A stretch of DNA of 64,000 bases from NCBI GenBank assembly GCA_964035575.1, contig OZ037839.1, positions 310,001 through 374,000 of the forward strand. The letters run 5' to 3'. Both the position numbers and the translations under genes were made by a program. The number at the start of each line of letters is the position of its first letter. Position 1 is the first letter of the stretch. This DNA is from Rhynchopus sp. YZ270_cl-10 (taxonomy: Eukaryota). The notes beneath the pieces were generated by a model. That model saw only the letters and a list, made by a program, of their open reading frames with translations, did not search any database and had not been told where the DNA came from. Shown one piece after another: positions 46,873 through 56,700 of the stretch.

Positions 46873-49800
46873 TCAAATCAAGAAGGGGTCCCCTCGGAGG
46901 AGCTGTTCCGACGTCTTTCTTAGATTGGGATCTCTGATAAGCACTTTGGCAACAAAGTTTGCGGCTTCATCGTTGAAATCAACGCCTTTCGGTGGCTGGG
47001 GACAGTCACCTTCTACTTGGCATAGCCAACGCATGAAGGTGTGCGGGCCTTGCGGCACTTCGTCTGCATACCCGAAGGGGAGGAACCCGAGGAGCATTTG
47101 AACCACTGTGTGGCCCAGCGCCCACATGTCACTTGCCTTGCATGCTTCGCCACGAGAAGCTTCGGGAGACATAAAGAGAGGGGTGCCTTCAGGCTTGTTT
47201 GAGGTGATGCTGCAGAGACGAACGGAGGTGCCAAAATCTGCCAGCTTGCATTGACCGTCGGTGTGGAGAAGCACGTTGGCAGGCCTGAGATCTCTGTGCA
47301 CAATATTGTTTGAGTGGAGGTAGTGCAGACCACGCAGGATGTCCTTGGTGTAGCGCTTTGTGGTTGTGGCAGGAATTTTTCCAAACTGGTCGAGCAGACC
47401 GCAGAGCGATCCACCACTGACATACTCCATGGTGATGATAACGTGCTTGCCATGCACCCCGCAGGAGCTGAAGGACACGATGCTCTCATCCTTGTACTGC
47501 GTCAGCAGACGGACCTCATTGATTGCACCTTCAATCGACTCTTGGGCAGGGTTCTTCCCCCCGAGGCGCGAGAATCGCCCACCCTGCTTCGTTTGCGGCG
47601 GGACTGGAATGCACTTCAACGCACACAACGAACCATCTTCGGACATCCCAAGCCACACTTCACCGAACGCACCTTTACCTATTTGCTTTGTGGAGCGCTT
47701 CCAATGGGCGCCCTGCGCATCAGTGAAGGAACGGACCGGGCCGTCGTCATCGGAGGTGGAGGAATCTGAGTCGGAGGGATCCGAATTCAAGAAGGTGGGT
47801 GTAGATGCGTCGGCGATGGCCTTCTGGAGCTCCTCCCCGGTGAAGATCGGGGATCTGGTGGTAGAAGGCATGGGGGATGTTTCTGCTGAGGAGGGGAGAC
47901 GTTTTCTGCGCCGTGCCGAGAGGGGCACCTTCTCGGGCGAGAAGGAAGACGTCTCGGCGGTGAGGAAGGTCGGCTCTGAGGAAGGTGGGAAGGAAGGCTC
48001 ATGCTCGAGGCCGAACTGCATGCGGGTGGGCTCCTGCGACCACTCCTCCCAGCCAATCAGGCGACGGCTGTAGGGTTGCGGCACCACAGATGGGTTGCGT
48101 TGCACCTCCTGCACAAAGGTGCAGAACCGTTCTAGCTGACAGTTCTCCAGGTTTGACTCAAAAGAGGAGGTCGAGTTGTACTCCTCATTGTTCCCCGTGC
48201 TGCCAATAGGGCCGTCGCTGTCTTTCCGATTGTCCACAGGAAGCCTCAAACACATCGGGTCTGTGCCCGCGTTGAGTGGAGAGTTCGGCTTGCGTGGCTG
48301 CTTCTTCATCATCTCCTGGAACTTCTCGATGCTGGAGGTGTAGTTGCCTTCGATGAAGTCGTGGAAGGCTTCGCGCCACACAACCACGTTGGAGGTGTCG
48401 CCTTCGCGGAGAAGCTGTGGTGTGGGTGGAAGGGGTTTGATTGGATACGACTGCGTGTGGTTCTTATAAAAGGTTGGCAAGATGAGATCTCATGGAAAAA
48501 GGGTGTATTTGTGTGAAAAAAAAATAGGTAAACAGGAATAGGGCGGTATCCTCTCGTGGCGGTGTTCTATATATGCGGGGTACGTACCTCGTAAACCATC
48601 TTGGGCCCTTCAGTTTCGTCGAAGATGACAACGTCGATGGGGCGCGTGCGTTGCTGGTCGGTGACCATCTGTGGGGAGAGAAGGGAGGAGGTGTGAAGTG
48701 GGGTGAGGCCAACATAGTTGTACAAAGGCAGCTCCGACGGGGTTTTTTCGATTATCTTTGTATCTTCAACAAACAAAACAAAAACAAAACCTCACGCTTA
48801 GTCACCATTACAAAACCATATCCGGTATGGTACATACATCCTGCACAGCTTCGGAGATGATGATAGGCGTCTGGAGGACGCGGGAGAGCTCGTTGAGGCG
48901 TCTGCAGTCGTCGAGGACGGAGCCGAGCACGAAGGGCGACTTGTGCTCGTCGTTGCCGATGTTGCCGCAGTAGAGGTTCCCCGAGGCAATGCTGACGGAC
49001 CACCCGACACGGTCCTTCGGGTCCTCAACAGCCTCCATGGCCTTGCGGATCTCGAGTGCAGCCCTGCACGCATACCACCCATGCCGTGCGCACGCATGAT
49101 GAGTGTTCCACGACGCAATCAGCCCATCCGCCCGCAGCTGGAACACATTGCCTGACTCCTGCTGGATGATGTCCAGCACAACCGAGACCAGACTCGACGC
49201 CAAAGCATATGTGTCATGTGTGTTGTTGTCTGCCAGCTCCATGATGCCAAACTCCACCGACAGCAGCGTGCCCTTGCGCTTCACCATTGCATCCCTCGGG
49301 CCCATCTTGCTTGACGGCTGTGAGTCGATCTTCGTCGCAGTCTCCTGCATATTGCGCATGGACGACGTCTTGAGCGCCTCGAGCGCGTCTCTGCATGAGG
49401 GGCGGCGTCCTCTGAACCCTACCAGGCTCTGCCCGCGTGAGAGTGGCTCGTTCCTGCAGGAGAGGTCACTCTTCTGCGAGACGAGGCGGCGGGAGGCATG
49501 GCGCGAGAAGCCGTTGTGGGGCTCCTCGTTGTTGTCTGAGGCTGCGAGCGACATGGCAAGCAGGTCTTCACGGTCGCTCCGCAGCGACTCTGACGCGTTT
49601 TTGAAGGACGCCTTGGGCAACGCAAGCAACGCATCTCTGCACGAATCCACGGCCGCAAATCCGTCCCTGCATAATGAGGAAAGCCTCTCACGCAAGGGTG
49701 CCTTTAACTCTGCTCTTCTTGCCCTGACTTCTGCATGTCTGCCGCTCAGTGTGTTGGAGCTTCTTCTGGTCATCACAGCTGTTCTGGAAACATCAACAGG

Positions 49801-52752
49801 TTGTGGTTCTGCTTCTGGATGCTGACGTGACTCTGCCATGTGTTCCCATGTCGCACGCATTGAGAGAAGTGTGTTGCGCAAGAGTTCCTTTTCTGCTGAA
49901 TCTGTGCAATCAGTGAATCGCTGAATCAGTTCTTTCTGCACTTCCTCCTGCATGTCTGCCACTTCACGCAGTGTGTTGGAGACTCCTGTATTTGTCACAC
50001 CTGATCTGGAAACATCAGCATCAACAGGTTGCTGCTCTGCTTCTGGATGCTGACGTGACTCTGCCATGTGTTCCCATGTCGCACGCATTGAGAGAAGTGT
50101 GTTGCACAAGAGTTCCTTTTCTGCTGAATCTGTGCAATCAGTGAATCGCTGAATCAGTTCTTTCTGCACTTCCTCCTGCATGTCTGCTACTTGACGCAGT
50201 GTGTTGCAGCCTCTTGTGTTTGTCACACCTGTTCTGGAAACATCAGAATCAACAGGTTGTGGTTCTGCTTCTGCATGTTGACGTGACTCTGCCATGTGTT
50301 CCCATGTCGCACGCATTGAGAGAAGTGTGTTGCGCAAGAGTTCCTTTTCTGCCGAATCTGTGCAATCAGTGAATCGCTGAATCAGTTCTTTCTGCACTTC
50401 CTCCTGCATGTCTGCTACTTGACGCAGTGTGTTGGAGCCTCCTGTGTTTGTCACACCTGTTCTGGAAACATCAGCATCAACAGGTTGCTGCTCTGCTTCT
50501 GGATGCTGACGTGACTCTGCCATGTGTTCCCATGTCGCACGCATTGAGAGAAGTCTGTTGCGCAAGAGTTCTTGTTCCGCTGAATCTGTGCAATCAGTGA
50601 ATCGCTGAATCAGTTCTTTCTGCACTTCCTCCTGCATGTTGACAACTTGACGCAGTGTGTTGGAGCCTGCTCTGTTTGTAACATCTGTTCTGGAAACATC
50701 GGCATCAACAGGTTGTGGTTCTGCTTCTGCATGTTGACGTGACTCTGCCATGTGTTCCCATGTCGCACGCATTGAGAGAAGTTTGTTACGCAAGAGTTCC
50801 TTTTCTGCCGAATCTGTGCAATCAGTGAATCGCTGAATCAGTTCGTTCTGCACTGCCTCCTGCATGCTGACAACTTGACGAAGTGTGAGTGGAAGCTCCG
50901 GTGCGGAAAGCGATGTCGCCATGTGTTCCCAAGCAGCACGAATTGGTTCAAGTTTCTCGCGCAAGCACTTCTTTTCTGCTGAATCCGTTTCGCTGAGTGC
51001 TGCTGGCACAGCGTCCTCTAGTTCCGTGGAGTCTTCGTCCTCACTGCTGTCGTCCTCTTCATCACTCTGCATGACTGCTTTCACCCCACGCGCCAATGCT
51101 GTAGCTGCAGTTGCCACCTCTTTCACTACCTCCTGCTTTTCCCCCTTCTTCGCAGCCTTCTGCGCCTGCAACACCTGACTCTGGTTTGGTGTTGCCGGTT
51201 GCGACCCTAAAGCCTCTGTGTTTGTCACATCTGCCTGGATGTCGGCAACGTCGGCATCAACGACGACACCTGCCTGATCCACTTCCTGCTCCACGCCTAC
51301 CATAAGATAACGCACAGTCTCCGTGCCTCCCTCTTCCGCAGCAGTAATCAGACATGTCACCTTCTGTATTTTATGTTCTTTTCTGTCCCCTGCAGTAGCT
51401 TCAAAGTGCTGTGATAGCTCCTCGATATGTTCTGTGACACGCAGTTCCGCACCAGCTTCCACCAACAGCTTCACAATGTCGCGGTTCTCTCCCATGCATT
51501 TACAGACAAGAGGCGAAGGTCCTCCGTCGTCCCATTTCTCGATGCGTGCACCTGAATCAATGAGCTCCTGCACCTCAGCTGCATATGATTTGGGGTAACG
51601 CGCTGCTGCATCGAAACGGATATTGCCATTGCCCTGTATATGCAGCCGTACACCCGCTTCTAGCAACATCCTCACGATATGGACCTCACCCGCCCGACAA
51701 GCCATCATCAGAGGCGAACAGACCAACTCGCTCTTTGCTTCCACGTCTGCACCTGCATCAATGAGCACTTGCACCACAGCTGCACGTCGGTTGGCCACTG
51801 CGTGGTGCAACGCAGTCCAGTGCTGAGCATCAACGAGGTCCACACCCACCTCTCCCATGCACAGAAGGCTTTTCACAAGCGTCGCGAAGCCACGAGCAGA
51901 CACAATCATGAGACATGTCTTGCCATCTCGGTCTCTTGCACCCACATCTGCACCTGCTCGAACCAGTACCTTCACAACATCAGGCACGCTTGACTCGCAA
52001 CCAGACAGCAGAGGCGAGCACTGAAAGGGATCCTTTTTCTCGATGTCTGCCCCTGCATCAATGAGCACCTGCATCACATCTGCATGGTTGTGACGCACTG
52101 CCTCGAGCAACGCAGTGTTGTAGTCCCCACCTACCTGATCCACGTCTACTCGCCCCAAGCCCACAAGATAGCGCACAGTCTCCGTGTGTCCCGCAGTCGA
52201 AGCAGCGACAAGACATGTGCACCCGGAGTAGTCTGTGACACGCAGTTCCGCACCAGCTTGCACCAACACCTTCACAGCGTCGAGGCACCCTCTCATGCAC
52301 GCAAGGAGAAGAGACGAACATCCTATGGCGTCCTTTTTCTCGATGTCTGCCCCAGCATCAATGAGCACCTGCATCACATCTACATGGTTGTAACGTACTG
52401 CCTTGTGCAACGCTGTGTAGGCGTCCTGAGTCCTACTTACCTCATCCATATCCACCCCCAAGCCCACAAGATAGCGCACCGTCTCCGTTTGTGCCTCACG
52501 CGAAGCCGCTATAAGACATGTGTCGCCGTAGTGGTCTGTGACGTGCAGTTCCGCACCAGCTTGTAACAACACCTTCACAATGCCGAGGCACCCTCTCACG
52601 CACGCAAAGAGAAGAGGCGTATAGCCTTCAAAGTCCCTTTCCTCGATGTCTTCGCCTGCATCAATGAACACCTGCAACACATCTTCCAGTACTTCCGCCA
52701 CAGCCCCGTGCAACGTAGTGTTGCTGTGGTTGCCTGTATATTGCCCAGACAT
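46873..52752 (-). CDS. Chimeric family gene C: ankyrin array + 5 repeats + class III cyclase-like domain + STE11/MAP3K kinase; exons 48838-52752, 48588-48668, 46873-48414
   Basis: Cyclase-like SIASGNLYCGNIG...FVLGSVLDDCRRL; phase-0 GT..AG introns at 48669-48837 and 48415-48587; intact kinase motifs IGKGAFGEVW, ALK, MEYVSGGSL, HRDLRPAN, DFG, GTPLFMSPE. Confidence 0.8.
49780..50885 (-). repeat. Tandem array of the ~228-nt coding repeat (5 units)
   Basis: Same core as at 26630-27940. Confidence 0.95.
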
Positions 52753-53742
52753 TACTCGTGTGTCGTTACTGTGTCTTATGTTGTGTCTGTCAGTGGTGGA
52801 GTGACGTTACTCTTTGTGAAGAGGTGTGTGGACAGAGGAGAGGATAAGTGCAGGAGGAGAATACAAGCAATTGCTAAGGGGGAAACCGTGGTGTGCTGTA
52901 AGGGTGGAGGTCACCACACACGAGCATAGAAACGTCCCCAAACTGACGCTCAAAGTCCGCTGCCAGCTCTCTCATCATACTGAAATAGGCACATTCACTT
53001 TGAGCACAACAGCAGAAGGAAAGCAAACCCAGACTGCGTAGGTGGCGAAGAGCCGAACATTGCAGTGCCGTGATGTGGGATGCAGTGTTGTGGGGACCTA
53101 AAAGGAATGTGGATGCAGTGTAAAGCGTTCATAGCGATCTGTCCTGACACGTTGTTGTCTCCTTTTGCGTTGTTATGGTGACGTTATTCGTTTTGTTTTC
53201 TTGTTTTGTTTTCCCTCCCAAATCCATTGTACCAAGCTTCCTCAGGCACGGCCTCGAGGGTCTCGCTACTCAAACTGTGTACACGGATACGTCCTCAAGG
53301 AGATACGTTGTCATCAAACCACACCTGCATACGGTACGAAGAATGAAGCCACAAGGCACAAAAAGGTGCAGTGATGAGCATTATTGTTGTGTTCTTAGTC
53401 ACCCAGCCCACCCCTCAGCTCAGCCTCAGGAGAAGTCGTAGTTGATGGTGCCGTCCTGGTTCTCCTCACTCGGACGTCCTTGGCGCCCCTCTGCAGGTGG
53501 CGGGAACGGCGGTGATTCTTCGCCTGCAACACTCTTGTGGCTGGAGCGGCGATTCATCTTCAGGCGTGTGCCCTCGCTGCTGGGATGGTGCTCCGACAGC
53601 GTTCCCTCTGCTGCATCTGTGCACTCAGTAAATAGCTGAATCAGTTCGTTCTACACCACCTCCTTCATGTTTACAACTAGGCCCTTTACATACGCTCTGG
53701 TACTGGCACTCCGCTCAATTGACTTGCGCCTGGCACGTGTCC

Positions 53743-56700
53743 CTACAACATATGCATCGTACCCATGGAAGGGTGTGCCCGTCGCAGTGTAACACATCGT
53801 CCTGCGGAGTCAGAATATTCTGTAATTAGTGACGAGGCTTCCACAGCCTCACGGGCTTTCGCGTGCTTCTGTTTGTCACATTTGTCTGCAAAGGAACCCT
53901 CGGTAAGCCCTGCGGTGGCTGTGCCGCTGGCTGTCGCCGTGACGCTTGCTGTCAGGTCCAAAGCATTGGGTGAGCGGGTTCCCTTCGAAGCTGGGGAAGT
54001 GGACCCATCGCGTGCTCCCTTCTTCTTCTTCGGGAGGTCCGGCTTGATGACACTGTCTCCAAAAAGTCGTCCAAAACGCTTGCTCCTCTCTGCGAGGGTT
54101 TCTTTGTGCTTGAAAACGTGAAGCGAAGTGCAGTTCTCCTTCGAACAGGTCATTGCATCCTGAAACTCCTTGCACAGCACCAGAAGGGAGGGGTGCCCTT
54201 TGAATTGTCCTTGGCATTGGCGGCAGCGGAGGGTAATGACTCCAGCCTTACTGCGGACGTTGTCCCAGGAGTTGTGCGAGCAGGGGCGTTCTTCGGCGAA
54301 GATTGCTGCCTTCCTTTTCGGCTTTTTTGCCAGTTCCTCTCCTTCACGCTGCCTCTCTGCCTCCCCCAGTTTCTTATCTACTTTCGCAAGAGACTCGTCA
54401 TGTTCTTCGACAGGTTGTGGTTCTGCTTCTGGATGCTGACGTGACTCTGCCATGTGTTCCCATGTCGCACGCATTGAGAGAAGTGTGTTGCGCAAGAGTT
54501 CCTTTTCTGCTGAATCTGTGCAATCAGTGAATCGCTGAATCAGTTCCTTCTGCACTGCCTCCTGCATGCTGACAACTTCACGCAGTGTGTTGGAGCCCGT
54601 TCTGTTTGTCACATCTGTTCTGGAAACATCAACATCAACAGGTTGTGGTTCTGCTTCTGGATGCTGACGTGACTCTGCCATGTGTTCCCATGTCGCACGC
54701 AGTGAGAGAAGTTTGTTGCGCAAGAGTTCCTTTTCTGCCGAATCTGTGCAATCAGTGAATCGCTGAATCAGTTCGTTCTGCACTTCCTCCTGCATGTCTG
54801 CCACTCCACGCAGTGTGTTGCAGCCTCTTGTGTTCATCACATCTGTTCTGGAAACATCAACATCAACAGGTTGTGGTTCTGCTTCTGGATGCTGACGTTC
54901 CCATGTCGCACGCATTGAGAGAAGTCTGTTGCGCAAGAGTACCTTTTCTGCTGAATCTGTGCAATCAGTGAATCGCTGAATCAGTTCTTTCTGCACTTCC
55001 TCCTGCATGTCTGCCACTCCACGCAGTGTGTTGCAGCCTCTTGTGTTCATCACATCTGTTCTGGAAACATCAACATCAACAGGTTGTGGTTCTGCTTCTG
55101 GATGCTGACGTGACTCTGCCATGTGTTCCCATGTCGCACGCATTGAGAGAAGTTTGTTGCGCAAGAGTTCCTTTTCTGCTGAATCTGTGCAATCAGTGAA
55201 TCGCTGAATTAGTTCCTTCTGCACTTCCTCCTGCATGTTGACAACTTGACGCAGTGTGTTGGAGCCTCTTGTGTTCATCACATCTGTTCTGGAAACATCG
55301 GCATCAACAGGTTGTGGTTCTGCTTCTGGTTGCTGACGTGACTCTGCCATGTGTTCCCATGTCGCACGCATTGAGAGAAGTGTGTTGCGCAAGAGTTCCT
55401 TTTCTGCTGAATCTGTGCAATCAGTGAATCGCTGAATCAGTTCCTTCTGCACTGCCTCCTGCATGCTGACAACTTCACGCAGTGTGTTGGAGCCCGTTCT
55501 GTTTGTCACATCTGTTCTGGAAACATCAACATCAACAGGTTGTGGTTCTGCTTCTGGATGCTGACGTGACTCTGCCATGTGTTCCCATGTCGCACGCAGT
55601 GAGAGAAGTTTGTTGCGCAAGAGTTCCTTTTCTGCCGAATCTGTGCAATCAGTGAATCGCTGAATCAGTTCGTTCTGCACTTCCTCCTGCATGTCTGCCA
55701 CTCCACGCAGTGTGTTGCAGCCTCTTGTGTTCATCACATCTGTTCTGGAAACATCAACATCAACAGGTTGTGGTTCTGCTTCTGGATGCTGACGTGACTC
55801 TGCCATGTGTTCCCATGTCGCACGCATTGAGAGAAGTCTGTTGCGCAAGAGTACCTTTTCTGCTGAATCTGTGCAATCAGTGAATCGCTGAATCAGTTCT
55901 TTCTGCACTTCCTCCTGCATGTCTGCCACTCCACGCAGTGTGTTGCAGCCTCTTGTGTTTGTCACATCTGTTCTGGAAACATCGGCATCAACAGGTTGTG
56001 GTTCTGCTTCTGGTTGCTGACGTGACTCTGCCATGTGTTCCCATGTCGCACGCATTGAGACAAGTTTGTTGCGCAAGAGTTCCTTTTCTGCTGAATCTGT
56101 GCAATCAGTGAATCGCTGAATCAGTTCCTTCTGCACTGCCTCCTGCATGCTGACAACTTCACGCAGTGTGTTGGAGCCCGTTCTGTTTGTCACATCTGTT
56201 CTGGAAACATCAACATCAACAGGTTGTGGTTCTGCTTCTGGATGCTGACGTGACTCTGCCATGTGTTCCCATGTCGCACGCAGTGAGAGAAGTTTGTTGC
56301 GCAAGAGTTCCTTTTCTGCCGAATCTGTGCAATCAGTGAATCGCTGAATCAGTTCGTTCTGCACTTCCTCCTGCATGTCTGCCACTCCACGCAGTGTGTT
56401 GCAGCCTCTTGTGTTCATCACATCTGTTCTGGAAACATCAACATCAACAGGTTGTGGTTCTGCTTCTGGATGCTGACGTTCCCATGTCGCACGCATTGAG
56501 AGAAGTCTGTTGCGCAAGAGTACCTTTTCTGCTGAATCTGTGCAATCAGTGAATCGCTGAATCAGTTCTTTCTGCACTTCCTCCTGCATGTCTGCCACTC
56601 CACGCAGTGTGTTGCAGCCTCTTGTGTTCATCACATCTGTTCTGGAAACATCAACATCAACAGGTTGTGGTTCTGCTTCTGGATGCTGACGTGACTCTGC

